A stretch of DNA of 64,000 nt from Acidobacteriota bacterium (GCA_016184115.1 JACPDH010000077.1:64103-128102); one strand, 5' to 3'; shown: positions 29,206 through 39,753, counted from the stretch's first letter. A program made the numbers and translations. The notes: generated from the letters alone by a model not told the origin.

Positions 29206-31446
29206 GTGTTGGCGCCCATGACCGATCCCGCAAAGCAGATCAGATCGCTTCTCGCGCGCAGAGGATCGCGGGTCCTCTCTCCTGCCGACATTTTCAAGCG
29301 GCTGGCGGACGAGGCCGGCGGTGAGCCTCCGTTCACACTCGACGACGTAAGGAAGCGGCTCGAGCAGATGGAGCGCGATGGAGTCGTCGTCGCGGTCAGA
29401 GGCAAGCACTACTCGCTTCTCGAGTTCACTCCATTCGTCGCGGGTGCATTGCGCACGCGCTCGGACGGGAGCGCGACGGTACGCGTCGGCCCCGATCAGC
29501 CCGACGTGGCCATTTCCCGCAACGGACTTCGCGGTGCGATGAACGGGGACTTCGTCCTTGCCCGCGCGGATCGCGCCTCGGCCCCAAGGGGAAAGGGCCG
29601 GCGACGCGAACGAGTCGAAGGAGAGGTCGTCCGCATTCTTTGCCGCGAGCACCAACTCGTCGTCGGCCGCTTTCATCTCGACGAGCATCCGTTCGTCCGA
29701 CCTTTCGACGTGCGGCTCGACACCGACATTGAGATCGATGTCGATTCGAGCATCGCGGCGCGCGATGGCGAGATGGTGAACGTCGAGATCACCCGGTATG
29801 GAGACCGCCGCGGCGGGCCCTCCGGCCGGATCGTAGAGGCACTCGGCATGCTCGGTGAGCCGGGCGTCGACATCGAAGTGGTCCTTCGCAAGCACCACAT
29901 CCCGCATGCATTCTCCGATGACGTCATCGAAGCCTCCGAAGCGGTTGCGGTCGAAGTCGCTCCCGCGGAGATCGCGAAGCGAGTCGATCTTCGCGAGCGA
30001 GCGATCATGACGATTGACGGAGAGACGGCGAAGGACTTCGACGACGCCGTGGATGTGACGCGCCTCCCTAACGGGAACTTCGAGCTCGGCGTTCATATCG
30101 CCGACGTCTCGCACTACGTCACCGAAGGCTCTCCGATCGACCGCGAAGCGTTCGAGCGGGGAACGTCGGTCTACTTCCCGGGTCGCGCCGTACCGATGCT
30201 CCCGGAGCGCCTTTCGAACGGCATCTGTTCGCTCAATCCGCGAGTCGACAGGCTTACGGTCACCGCGCTGATGGAGATCGACCCGAAGGGCCGATTCGTC
30301 AACCAGAAGCTTTTTCGTTCCGTGATTCGTACGTGCGAGCGGATGACCTACACCGACGTCAATTCCCTGATCACCGGCGACGCCGAGCCCGAGTGGTTAG
30401 GGAAGCTCCAGCAACGCTACGAGGCGATTCTCCCGGCGCTCGAGCGGATGCGTGAACTGTTCGAGATCCTCAACGCGCGACGCAACGCGCGCGGATCGAT
30501 CGATTTCGATCTTCCGCAGAGCGAGGTACTTCTGACCGAGGCTGGTGAGATCGAGTCGATCCAGGCGAGCGAGCGGAATGTTGCACACAGGCTCATCGAA
30601 GAGTTCATGCTCGCCGCGAACGAGGTCGTCGCCAGAACGCTCGTGTTCGCGGGCCAGCCAGGAATGTATCGCGTGCATGCACCTCCCGACGTCGGAAGGA
30701 TGCAGGACCTCAAGGATCTCGTCGGCGAGTTTGGCCTCAAGTTTCGCGGTGACCCGGAACAACTCCGCCCGGCGGACCTCCAACGGCTCCTCGACGACGC
30801 GAAAGGGCGTCCCGAGGAGCGGTTCATCCACGAGCTGATCCTTCGTTCGATGACGCGCGCGATCTACTCCGAAGAGAACACGGGGCACTTCGCGCTGGCG
30901 CTCGAGCACTACTGCCATTTCACGTCACCGATCCGGCGCTATCCCGACCTCGTCGTACACAGGCGCCTCAACTTGCTGCTCGAACAAGGCGCGTTACTCG
31001 GCGAGAAGCTCGAACGAGCTGCCGCGTCCGACCCTTTCGTCGCACGGCAGGCGAGCGAGCGCGAGCGGCGTGCCGAAGAAGCCGAGCGCGAAGTGCTCGA
31101 ATGGAAGAAGGTCATTTTCATGCGCGACAAGATCGGCAACGTCTACACGGGACGGATCGCCGGCGTCGTGCCGTTCGGGCTCTTCGTCGAGCTCGACGAC
31201 TACTTCGTTCAGGGGCTCGTGCCGATCGCGTCGATCGGCGGCGACTACTGGCTCTTCGCCGAACGGGAACATCGGCTGCGTGGGCAATCGAGTGCGCGCG
31301 AGTTCCGGCTCGGCGACGAAGTCTCGGTGCAGGTTCGGAGCATCGACGAAGACAGGAGACAGATCGAGCTCCGGCTCGTCGAGGCGGGAGGCGTCGAAGT
31401 CGAGCGCCGGCGGAGCCGCACGGCGAAAGGGCGTCGCGGCGCATGA
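29206..31446 (+). CDS. rnr: Ribonuclease R (RNB + S1 domains)
   Basis: RNB catalytic region IDGETAKDFDDAVDV, C-terminal S1 GRIAGVVPFGLFVELDD, basic tail. Start at 29206 or the ATG at 29218. Confidence 0.85.
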   Translation: MLAPMTDPAKQIRSLLARRGSRVLSPADIFKRLADEAGGEPPFTLDDVRKRLEQMERDGVVVAVRGKHYSLLEFTPFVAGALRTRSDGSATVRVGPDQPDVAISRNGLRGAMNGDFVLARADRASAPRGKGRRRERVEGEVVRILCREHQLVVGRFHLDEHPFVRPFDVRLDTDIEIDVDSSIAARDGEMVNVEITRYGDRRGGPSGRIVEALGMLGEPGVDIEVVLRKHHIPHAFSDDVIEASEAVAVEVAPAEIAKRVDLRERAIMTIDGETAKDFDDAVDVTRLPNGNFELGVHIADVSHYVTEGSPIDREAFERGTSVYFPGRAVPMLPERLSNGICSLNPRVDRLTVTALMEIDPKGRFVNQKLFRSVIRTCERMTYTDVNSLITGDAEPEWLGKLQQRYEAILPALERMRELFEILNARRNARGSIDFDLPQSEVLLTEAGEIESIQASERNVAHRLIEEFMLAANEVVARTLVFAGQPGMYRVHAPPDVGRMQDLKDLVGEFGLKFRGDPEQLRPADLQRLLDDAKGRPEERFIHELILRSMTRAIYSEENTGHFALALEHYCHFTSPIRRYPDLVVHRRLNLLLEQGALLGEKLERAAASDPFVARQASERERRAEEAEREVLEWKKVIFMRDKIGNVYTGRIAGVVPFGLFVELDDYFVQGLVPIASIGGDYWLFAEREHRLRGQSSAREFRLGDEVSVQVRSIDEDRRQIELRLVEAGGVEVERRRSRTAKGRRGA

Positions 31447-32546
31447 CCCCGAGGGAGGGCGCGCGGCCACCAACGGGAAGGCTCGCGAAGGCGCTCGCAG
31501 CGCGCGATGAGGCTGTTCGCCGGCTTCATACGGCGGCAGACGCGCTCGACGACGCCTCGAGGAAAGGGCTCGACGTCGAGCTCAGCGCGGTATTCGATGC
31601 CTGCGTTGACGCCTTTCGTGCCGCCTGGCTCGAGTCATCCAGGATCGCGGCCGCGTTGGAGATCGCACGGACGCTCGCGATCCGCCTCACTCTCGTTCAC
31701 AACTACAGCGTCGATCCGACGTCGGATCTCCGTCTGATTGCTTCGAGGCTTGCTGCGCTGCTCGACGCTGCATCCGAGCACCACAAACTTACCGCCGATG
31801 CGGCAGAGGCTGCGTACCTTCGCGGTGTGCTGCTGCTGCACGCGGGCGAGCGTGAGGACGCCCGGTTGGCATTCGAAGGTGCACTCCAGCTCGCATCGCA
31901 TGCGACGGCCGAGCGAGTCGACTATGGCTCGTGTCTGCTGATCGCGCAGATCGCGCACGAAGAAGGGGACTGGAGCGACTCGATTCGCTACGCTGAGAAG
32001 GCGGCGAAGCTCGCGTCGAGCACCAATCTCGCGGCGCAGGCGCTCGCGGTTGTCGGATTGAGCCGTCACGCTCGCGGCGACCGCGCGCGGGCGCTCCATA
32101 AACTGGAGGACGCCCTTCGATTCTTCGACCCTTCGGAGCCGCTCTTCAACCCGTACTACTTCCGAAACACGATTCTCTTCTGCGGAATCGTCGCGCTCGA
32201 CATGGGTGATGTCGTCGCTGCCGAACGCTACTTCCGCCGCGCGCTCGAGGTGACGTCCGCCGACTCCTACGACGCCTTCGACGCGCACGCGCGTCTCGGG
32301 CGAGTCCTTCTGATGCAGCGCCGCGAGCGTGAGGCTGCCGCGGAGCTCGAAAAGGCTCTGGCGACCTACCATTTCGCGGAGTGCGAGCCGGTCGTCGATG
32401 TCTTGTTCGAGCTCGGAACGCTCTACGCCGCGCTCGGTGACACGACGCGTGCGCGCCCGCTGCTCCACCGCGTTCTGACGTCCGACATTGCTCATCCCGG
32501 CAAGGGTGAAGCGTCGCGACTCCTCGGTCGCGCCGTGATCGGCTAG
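31443..32546 (+). CDS. TPR-like repeat hypothetical protein
   Basis: Helical repeat composition. ATG at 31443 overlaps the rnr stop (ATGA). Good GC3. Confidence 0.4.
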   Translation: MTPREGARPPTGRLAKALAARDEAVRRLHTAADALDDASRKGLDVELSAVFDACVDAFRAAWLESSRIAAALEIARTLAIRLTLVHNYSVDPTSDLRLIASRLAALLDAASEHHKLTADAAEAAYLRGVLLLHAGEREDARLAFEGALQLASHATAERVDYGSCLLIAQIAHEEGDWSDSIRYAEKAAKLASSTNLAAQALAVVGLSRHARGDRARALHKLEDALRFFDPSEPLFNPYYFRNTILFCGIVALDMGDVVAAERYFRRALEVTSADSYDAFDAHARLGRVLLMQRREREAAAELEKALATYHFAECEPVVDVLFELGTLYAALGDTTRARPLLHRVLTSDIAHPGKGEASRLLGRAVIG

Positions 32547-32566
32547 ACTTCCACGAGAGACACGAG

Positions 32567-33160
32567 ATGAAACTGATCGTCGGCCTGGGAAATCCGGGCG
32601 GCCGCTACGAACGTACTCGTCACAACGCCGGATTCATGGTCGTCGACGCGTTCGCGCGGAAGTTCCGGATTGAGATCGATCGCCACGAGCGCGACGCGTT
32701 CGTCGGCAAAGGCCAGATTGCGGGTCGTACCGTGATGCTCGCGAAGCCCCAGACGTTCATGAATCTCTCCGGCGAGGCGGTCTCGAAACTGGTCAAGGCG
32801 CACATCGAGTCGCTCGACGACCTCGTGGTCATTTACGACGACATCGACCTTCCAGTCGGAAAGCTGCGGATCCGACAGGGAGGCGGCTCGGGGACCCACA
32901 ACGGAATGCGATCGCTCCTCGCCTCACTCGGCACCGAGAAGTTTCCGCGCATCCGCTTCGGTGTGAAGGGGGACGACTACGCCGAGGCGCGGGACCTCGC
33001 CGACTATGTGCTCGACGACTTTCCCGCCGCGGACGAACCGAAGGTCGAGAGCACGATCGGGCGCGCGGTCGACGCGCTCGCGGTGATTGCGCGCGGTGAC
33101 CTCTCCCGTGCGATGAACCAGTTCAACCGCGATCCGGCGGAAGGTGAGGAGAAAGCGTGA
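32567..33160 (+). CDS. pth: Peptidyl-tRNA hydrolase
   Basis: MKLIVGLGNPGGRYERTRHNAGFMVVD, classic Pth N-terminus. Confidence 0.9.
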   Translation: MKLIVGLGNPGGRYERTRHNAGFMVVDAFARKFRIEIDRHERDAFVGKGQIAGRTVMLAKPQTFMNLSGEAVSKLVKAHIESLDDLVVIYDDIDLPVGKLRIRQGGGSGTHNGMRSLLASLGTEKFPRIRFGVKGDDYAEARDLADYVLDDFPAADEPKVESTIGRAVDALAVIARGDLSRAMNQFNRDPAEGEEKA

Positions 33161-34746
33161 CGAGACCGGAGACACTTGGCGAGCTTCGCGCTTCGGGTTA
33201 CGCGCCGCGCTCCGTGAAGGACGAGCTTCGCGAGAATCTGACGAAGCGACTCGCCGCGCGCGAGACGGTCTTCCCTGGAATCCTCGGCTACGAGCGCACC
33301 GTCATCCCTGCCTTACAGAACGCGATTCTCGCGAGGCACGACATCATTCTTCTCGGTCTCCGCGGCCAGGCGAAAACGCGTCTGCTCCGCTCGCTCGCGC
33401 AACTGCTCGATGAGGAGATCCCGGTCGTCGATGGCTGCGAGATCAACGACGCGCCGTTCGATCCCGTTTGCCGGCGCTGCGGACGGCTGCTCGAAGAGCT
33501 CGGCGACCAGATGCCGATCGCCTGGTTGCCGCGCGTCGATCGGTACCGCGAGAAGCTCGCCACGCCTGACGTTACAGTCGCCGACCTCATCGGCGACATC
33601 GACCCGATCAAGGCGGCGAACAAGCGCCTTACATACGCCGATGAGGAGGTCATTCACTTCGGCATCATCCCGCGGACGAATCGCGGCATCTTCGCTGTGA
33701 ACGAGCTTCCCGACCTCGCACCGCGCATCCAGGTTTCGCTGCTCAACATTCTCGAGGAGCGCGATCTCCAGATTCGCGGCTTTCCGGTTCGGATTCCGCT
33801 CGACGTCGTCCTCGTCTTCAGCGCGAATCCTGAGGACTACACGAGTCGCGGGAACATCATCACGCCGCTCAAGGACCGGATCGACTCGCAGATCCTCACG
33901 CACTATCCGAAGTCGACCGACGTCGCGCGCGAGATCACGAGGCAGGAGGCATGGCTCGACCGCGACGGCGTCAAGGCGCGAATCGTGATTCCGGAACAGG
34001 TACGCGAGCTCGTCGAGCAAATCGCCTTCTCCGCGCGCGAATCGGAGCTCGTCGATCAGTCGTCGGGCGTCTCGGCGCGCATGCCGATCTCTGCGATCGA
34101 GATCCTCGTCTCGAATCTCGAGCGGCGCGCCATCGCGACGGGCGATCGTGAGGTCTACCCACGCCTCGCCGACCTGGCGATGGTGCTTCCCGCGATCACC
34201 GGAAAGGTCGAGATGGTCTACGAAGGGGAGCAGCAGGGATCGGAGGTCGTCGCGCGCAAGCTGGTGGGAGACGCCGTCACGAAGCTCTTCGAGCAGACGT
34301 TTCCTCCAGTCGAGCGCGCAGGGCGGGGCGTGGCCGCCGGGCGCGACCGCGAGCGACGTGGGTACGGGGAGATCGATCCTGAGCTCCGTGACGATGGCGA
34401 GGCGAGGCGACGGAGGAAACAGAGAGCTGAAGAGCACGAAGAGCCACGCGCCGAGGGAGATCCCGACTACGAGGCAATCGTCGCATGGTTCATGTCGGGC
34501 AATCGGATCACGCTCTCGGATGAGCAGCCGTACGACGAGTACTTCCGCGAGCTGCAGCGTGTTCCGAAGCTTTCAGACGTCGCTCGAAGGCATGCAAAGC
34601 CTTCGTCCGAGCCAGAGCTTGCGTTCGCAATGGAGATGATCCTCGAGGCGCTTCACCAGGCGCTTCGCCTCAGCCGGGAGGACCTCGATTCGACGATCAC
34701 CTTCACGGAGCTCATGAAGTTCAATATTCTGCGTACAATCAAGTAG
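33157..34746 (+). CDS. ChlI/BchI-like AAA+ ATPase (magnesium-chelatase family) with C-terminal extension
   Basis: Variant P-loop GLRGQAKT, sensor/arginine-finger region FAVNELPDLAPRIQVSLLNILEERDLQIRG...VLVFSANPEDY. 4-nt overlap with the pth stop. Confidence 0.55.
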   Translation: MTRPETLGELRASGYAPRSVKDELRENLTKRLAARETVFPGILGYERTVIPALQNAILARHDIILLGLRGQAKTRLLRSLAQLLDEEIPVVDGCEINDAPFDPVCRRCGRLLEELGDQMPIAWLPRVDRYREKLATPDVTVADLIGDIDPIKAANKRLTYADEEVIHFGIIPRTNRGIFAVNELPDLAPRIQVSLLNILEERDLQIRGFPVRIPLDVVLVFSANPEDYTSRGNIITPLKDRIDSQILTHYPKSTDVAREITRQEAWLDRDGVKARIVIPEQVRELVEQIAFSARESELVDQSSGVSARMPISAIEILVSNLERRAIATGDREVYPRLADLAMVLPAITGKVEMVYEGEQQGSEVVARKLVGDAVTKLFEQTFPPVERAGRGVAAGRDRERRGYGEIDPELRDDGEARRRRKQRAEEHEEPRAEGDPDYEAIVAWFMSGNRITLSDEQPYDEYFRELQRVPKLSDVARRHAKPSSEPELAFAMEMILEALHQALRLSREDLDSTITFTELMKFNILRTIK

Positions 34747-34748
34747 CC

Positions 34749-35162
34749 ATGGCTAAGTTGACGATCGAAATCGAGCCAGCGCTGCAGAGGCAGATCGAGC
34801 GAATTGTGCGCGATGGTTGGTATCCCGACGCGTCGGCGCTCGCGGTCGAGGCGCTTCGGCAATACGCCGAGGCGAAGAGTCATCTTGGAGACTCGCCGCC
34901 GCTTCTACATCGCTTTGCGGCGGACGCGCTCAACGCATCGAAGCCTGAGACTGCGCTGAAGTTCGTCTCGCGCGGAATCACGCTTCTCGATTCTCAGGCG
35001 ATCGCCGATCTCGGCCTCTATCAGAAGCTGGTCGAGCTGAAGGTGCAGATCCTCCTCGTGTTGGAGCGAGCAGACGATGCGATCGTCACGCTCGACGCCG
35101 CGAAAGACAAACTGCCGAACAACCCGACGATCGACGGCTGGCTGAAGAAGCTGAAAAAGTAG
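34749..35162 (+). CDS. Small protein with an N-terminal ribbon-helix-helix (ParD/CopG-like) domain fused to a helical C-terminus
   Basis: MAKLTIEIEPALQRQIERIVRDGWYPDASALAVEALRQYAE resembles the ParD-type RHH antitoxin N-terminus. Sits 2 nt after the ATPase stop. Confidence 0.35.
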   Translation: MAKLTIEIEPALQRQIERIVRDGWYPDASALAVEALRQYAEAKSHLGDSPPLLHRFAADALNASKPETALKFVSRGITLLDSQAIADLGLYQKLVELKVQILLVLERADDAIVTLDAAKDKLPNNPTIDGWLKKLKK

Positions 35163-35184
35163 CGATCGAAGAGGGGCGGAGAGG

Positions 35185-36363
35185 ATGCGTCGTCGGAATG
35201 ATCGACGCGCATCGGCGCGTATTCGTTCAGTACAGAGTGCAGCTGAGCTCTGCTCCTGGTTGCCCGGCATGCGATTCCGCTACGGCTATCTCGACCCCGA
35301 CTTGATCCGACAGCTTCTGTCGGAGATGGGGTTGCGCCGCCTTTTCAACCACCTGCTGCTCCAGACCGGTGGAGACGTGAACGAAGCGATGGCGTGGATG
35401 CGTGAGTTGCAGCGGCGCGGCTACATCGATGCGGGGCTCGACCTCGACGCGTTCTTCGCCCGGATGGTTGACGAGAATCTGATCGGTGATGACGGCGACG
35501 GTAACTTCATGCTCGCGGCAGGTGGCGAGCGGCAGATCCGGCGTGACGCGCTCGATCAGATTTTCGGTGGGCTGCGCAAGGGAGGCGCGGGATACCACTC
35601 GGTCGCGTCGGAAGGAGAGGGGAGCGAGCGCCTCACCGAAACGCGGCCCTGGAGATTCGGTGACGACCCGATGAGCCTCGACGGAATCCGCACACTGCAG
35701 AATGCGATGAAGTCGGGCGATCCGTTCGGCGAGATCGAGATCACCGAGGACGATCTCGAGGTTTTCGAAACGGAGCACGACTCGAATTGCGCGACCGTCG
35801 TCATGATCGATATCTCGCATTCGATGATCCTTTACGGCGAGGACAGGATCACGCCGGCGAAGAAGGTGGCTCTCGCGCTGACCGAGCTGATCCTGACGAA
35901 GTACCCGAAGGATTCGATCGACGTCGTCCTCTTCGGCGATGAGGCGATCGAGGTGCCGATCTTCGAGATTCCGTACGTGAAGGTGGGCCCGTACCACACC
36001 AACACGAAAGCGGGGCTCGAGCTCGCACAGGCGATCCTCCGCAGGCGAAGGCACGCGAACAAGCAGATCTTCATGATCACCGACGGGAAGCCTTCGGCGC
36101 TTCATGAGGGAGGAAGGCTCTACACGAATTCCTTCGGACTCGACTTGAAGATCGTGAACCGGACGCTCGAGGAAGCGGAACGATGCCGCCGCGCGGGCAT
36201 CCCGATCACGACCTTCATGCTTGCGACCGATCCCACGCTCGTGAATTTCGTCGAACAGCTCTCTCGAATCAACCGTGGACGTGCCTTCTACAGCTCGCCT
36301 GACCGGCTCGGCGAGTACATCCTCGCCGACTACATCCGGAACCGGAGAAAGTTCGTCCACTGA
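35185..36363 (+). CDS. VWA (von Willebrand factor A) domain protein with MIDAS motif, ChlD/CoxE-like
   Basis: MIDAS DISHSM (DxSxS) ... ITDGKPS. RBS GGAGAGG before the ATG at 35185. Confidence 0.6.
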   Translation: MRRRNDRRASARIRSVQSAAELCSWLPGMRFRYGYLDPDLIRQLLSEMGLRRLFNHLLLQTGGDVNEAMAWMRELQRRGYIDAGLDLDAFFARMVDENLIGDDGDGNFMLAAGGERQIRRDALDQIFGGLRKGGAGYHSVASEGEGSERLTETRPWRFGDDPMSLDGIRTLQNAMKSGDPFGEIEITEDDLEVFETEHDSNCATVVMIDISHSMILYGEDRITPAKKVALALTELILTKYPKDSIDVVLFGDEAIEVPIFEIPYVKVGPYHTNTKAGLELAQAILRRRRHANKQIFMITDGKPSALHEGGRLYTNSFGLDLKIVNRTLEEAERCRRAGIPITTFMLATDPTLVNFVEQLSRINRGRAFYSSPDRLGEYILADYIRNRRKFVH

Positions 36364-38021
36364 TGAAGCGACTCGAGAGTCTCGGCCTCCTCGTCGTACT
36401 TGCGATGCGGCTCTCGGCACAGTCGAACGAGAGCGGGTACGTGTCGTTGCAGTCGGGCACAGCCGGCGGCGGAACTCCCGTGCACAATCGCGGAATCCTC
36501 GGGCAGGGTCAGGTCATTGCGATTCTCGACACGGGGCTCGATTGGGATAGCTGCTGGTTCAGCGAGCCTGACGGATCGCCGCCTCCGGTCAACCTGACGA
36601 TCGACGGGCGTGTCGTCGACGCGAACCGACGGAAGGTGATCGCCTACGACTTCCTCTACTCCTGTATCGAGTGGCCGTTGTCGGCGTCGTGCGAGGTTCC
36701 ACTCGACGCGAGCGCGTGGGATAACCAGGGGCATGGTACGCACGCGGCCGCCGGGGCTGCGGCCGACAAGGGTGCGATGCTCGCGCACGATTTCGGCGAC
36801 GCGCTTGCACCCGGCGCAAAGCTGGTGATTCAGGACGGGGGATACATCGGGGGCGACAATTGTGCGCAACGCCCAGGCTTCGGCTGCCCGCTTCGAGACC
36901 TTCGCCCGGTCCTACGACAGGCATACGAGCAGGGGGCGCGCGTTCATTCGAGCTCGTGGGGAGATCGGCAGGGTGTTGCGCCGCCGGCAAATCCCCCGAC
37001 TGGCAACTATTCGACTGGTGCACGTGACATCGACGCGTTCGTCTACGAGAAGCCCGACATGGTCGTCGTGTTCAACACAGGCAATGCAGGCGAGCTTGGG
37101 GCGATGTCGCAGTCGAGCCCGGGGAACGCGAAGAACACGATTCAGGTTGGAGGCTCGTCGTTCGCGACCCCGCTCCTGCACGCGGTCGCTTCCTACAGTG
37201 GAATAGGGCCGACGCGCGATCAGCGAATCAAGCCCGATCTCGTCGGCCCGCTGAACGTGTACGGCGCAGACAGCGATCTATCGGTCGGAACTGCGAACTG
37301 CGACGGGAGCTATCAGGGGGGGACCTCCTTCGCGTCGCCGCCTGTTGCCGCCGCGGCGGCGCTCGTGCGCCAGTACTACCTGGAGGGGTGGTATCCAACG
37401 GGAGCGCGTGTCGCATCGAACGCGATCGCGCCGAGCGCAGCCCTCGTGAAGGCGACGCTGATCGGCGGTGCACGCCTCGTCCCGTACTGGAACAGCGCGT
37501 CGGGAACGGTGACGATCGACGCCGTTCCATCGTACGAACAGGGCTTCGGATTTCCGGTACTCGACGATGCGCTCTACTTCGCGGGCGACCGTGCACGGCT
37601 CTTCGTGCGCGATCGATCGCTTGCGGACGGACTGAAAGTGGAAGAGAGCGAGGAGCTCATCTTCGATGTCGCGTCGACGGAAGAATTGCGCGTTGCGCTC
37701 GTCTGGACCGACCCACCCGGCACGCCTGCAGGATTCACGAGCAGCACGCAGCAGCTCGTGAACGATCTCGATGTCGTCGTCGTCGAGCCGTCCGGCACGA
37801 CGCACTACGGCAACGAGCAGCTTCATCCCGGTGCGCGGGAGACGCGTAACAACGCGGAGGTCGTTCGCGTAGCTTCGCCGGCGTCGGGTCGCTGGAAGGT
37901 GCGAGTCGAAGCTCCACGCCTCGGCCTCGGGCCGCGTCAGGGCTGGGCCCTCGTCGTCATCGGCGATTTGCACGAGTCGGTGGCGCAGACGCGGCGCCGC
38001 CCCGTAAGGCCAGGCAGTTAG
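36363..38021 (+). CDS. Secreted subtilisin-like serine protease (peptidase S8)
   Basis: Signal peptide. Catalytic triad contexts DTGLDWDSCWF (Asp), HGTHAAAGA (His), GTSFASP (Ser). Start overlaps the VWA stop by 1 nt (TGATG). Confidence 0.8.
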   Translation: MKRLESLGLLVVLAMRLSAQSNESGYVSLQSGTAGGGTPVHNRGILGQGQVIAILDTGLDWDSCWFSEPDGSPPPVNLTIDGRVVDANRRKVIAYDFLYSCIEWPLSASCEVPLDASAWDNQGHGTHAAAGAAADKGAMLAHDFGDALAPGAKLVIQDGGYIGGDNCAQRPGFGCPLRDLRPVLRQAYEQGARVHSSSWGDRQGVAPPANPPTGNYSTGARDIDAFVYEKPDMVVVFNTGNAGELGAMSQSSPGNAKNTIQVGGSSFATPLLHAVASYSGIGPTRDQRIKPDLVGPLNVYGADSDLSVGTANCDGSYQGGTSFASPPVAAAAALVRQYYLEGWYPTGARVASNAIAPSAALVKATLIGGARLVPYWNSASGTVTIDAVPSYEQGFGFPVLDDALYFAGDRARLFVRDRSLADGLKVEESEELIFDVASTEELRVALVWTDPPGTPAGFTSSTQQLVNDLDVVVVEPSGTTHYGNEQLHPGARETRNNAEVVRVASPASGRWKVRVEAPRLGLGPRQGWALVVIGDLHESVAQTRRRPVRPGS

Positions 38022-38058
38022 GCCGGCATGGTGCGCTCGCTCCGACGGGGTTCGCCTG

Positions 38059-39753
38059 TCATCTCACGTCGAGCCGCGCCCGCTGGAATCCGGCCAGATT
38101 CGAGATGTTGTCCTGCACGGCCACGGCGACGATGTTCTCCCCACGTCGCATCAGAAGGTCCATCGCGAAGGTGAACTCGTTACGCTCGAGCGCCCGAAGT
38201 TGCGTCGGCGTCAGGTTGACCGCCTGTCGCTGCCGGTTGATGTTGGAGATGCCACCCTTTCCGTCGCCGACTCCGACGAAGACCGAGAATGTGCCCGACA
38301 TCTTCTCTCCGTTAGGGATGAGCGTGATGGCTTCAGTCGGGATCTTGACCTCGAGTGTAACGCTATAGGTGCCGCGTTTCGCTTTCTGAGGCTTGCCGGT
38401 GGTCAGTCGAATCGGCAGCTCGCCTGCGCCGGTCTCGTAGAAGAGGTTCGCGACGACGCGATCGACCATTTCGTCCTGCGGTGTCTTGGCGTAGTAGTTC
38501 CGGCGTGTTCTCACTTCGAGTCCGGGTCGCTTCGTGCGGACGATCAGCTTCCGCTCGCCCGGTGCCGACGACTCTGCTGCGCGGAACCCGAGAGCGTAGT
38601 AGGTGTCGAAGTCGCGCTCGATCGACCTGAACGATTGGCGAACGTCGCTTCGCTCGAGAAACGCGAGGCCGCCGGTTGCGGCCGCGATCGACTGGAACGC
38701 GCTGATGCCACTCATCGAGTCGAGGAATCCTACCGAAGCAGAACGATCGCCGCGGCTCTCCGCCATCGACTCGGTGAGATTCTGCGACGCCGCCGGGTTG
38801 AGCATGTAGACCGTGACTCCATTCGCGTTTGCGATCCGGCCGACGCTCTCGATCAGGAGTGACTCGGGAGGCGCGAGCGACTCCGCGTGCGACATCACGA
38901 CCGAGTCGCCGCCACCGGTGACGTGAGGCTGGAAGGTGTCGTTCACGTATTGGAACATTTCGATTCCAGGACGTAGCGAGAGCTCCTCACCAATGTAGAC
39001 CATCGCCTTCTTGCCCGACACGCCGGCGAGCGTCGACAGAAGACCGTTGATCGCCGTCACGCGAGCGCGAAGCTCGGTGCGCTTCTCATCGGCGTACGCG
39101 TGACCGATCGAGATCGAGTCCTTGTACGCATCCTTCATCGTGTAGGTCGAGTCGCGATCGAGAGCCATCTCGAGATCGCTGCGAACCCGGTCTTCCGCCT
39201 GGCGCCTCCTGAGTGAGCGCGCGGACTTTCCGGTGTTCATCTTCGCAAGCCCGACGAGCTGGCGCTCAAACTCGCTGATCAACGACGTGAATGGCACTTC
39301 GACGCGCAATCCGTCGTTCCAAACGGCGAGCATTGCCTGATCGCCTGGGCGAAGCAGTTGACCCGTCAGCCCTCGAATTTCCTCGAACACGCGGTTGCGG
39401 TTGAAGGGGTGAAGCGTCTCGCCGTCGACGAGGAAGATCATCTTGCGGCTTCGCTGCTCGTCGATCCGATCTGTCGGGGTGCCGCCTTCAGTCGGGCGCA
39501 ACGCAGGCAGGACTTCCTCGCGGACTTCCGAGAAGTTCGAGATCTCGCGGCGTGCGCCGTTCTCGAGAATCTCGAAGTCGTCGCCTGTGAGGCCGGCGAC
39601 CGGCCGCCCCGCGGCGTCGGTCACGAAGATGTCGAGACTGACGACGTCGACGTCGATCGTCTCGACGACGATCTCATCGGTTGGCACCTCCGCGTACGTC
39701 GTGGCGGCGAGGAAGAATGCCGGTAAGAGGGTGGCCCATCGACGTTTCGTCAT
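38059..39753 (-). CDS. VWFA-related acidobacterial domain protein (TIGR03436-like), secreted
   Basis: Signal peptide. VETIDVDVVSLDIFVTDAAGRPVAGLTGDDFEILENG, typical of the acidobacterial-specific VWFA-related family. Confidence 0.6.
   Translation of the reverse strand: MTKRRWATLLPAFFLAATTYAEVPTDEIVVETIDVDVVSLDIFVTDAAGRPVAGLTGDDFEILENGARREISNFSEVREEVLPALRPTEGGTPTDRIDEQRSRKMIFLVDGETLHPFNRNRVFEEIRGLTGQLLRPGDQAMLAVWNDGLRVEVPFTSLISEFERQLVGLAKMNTGKSARSLRRRQAEDRVRSDLEMALDRDSTYTMKDAYKDSISIGHAYADEKRTELRARVTAINGLLSTLAGVSGKKAMVYIGEELSLRPGIEMFQYVNDTFQPHVTGGGDSVVMSHAESLAPPESLLIESVGRIANANGVTVYMLNPAASQNLTESMAESRGDRSASVGFLDSMSGISAFQSIAAATGGLAFLERSDVRQSFRSIERDFDTYYALGFRAAESSAPGERKLIVRTKRPGLEVRTRRNYYAKTPQDEMVDRVVANLFYETGAGELPIRLTTGKPQKAKRGTYSVTLEVKIPTEAITLIPNGEKMSGTFSVFVGVGDGKGGISNINRQRQAVNLTPTQLRALERNEFTFAMDLLMRRGENIVAVAVQDNISNLAGFQRARLDVR

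Noticed and set aside
33313-36420. Long minus-strand ORFs (33313-34437, 35227-36420) opposite the ATPase and VWA genes
   Set aside because: Antisense artefacts. The + strand genes have P-loop and MIDAS motifs and translational coupling.
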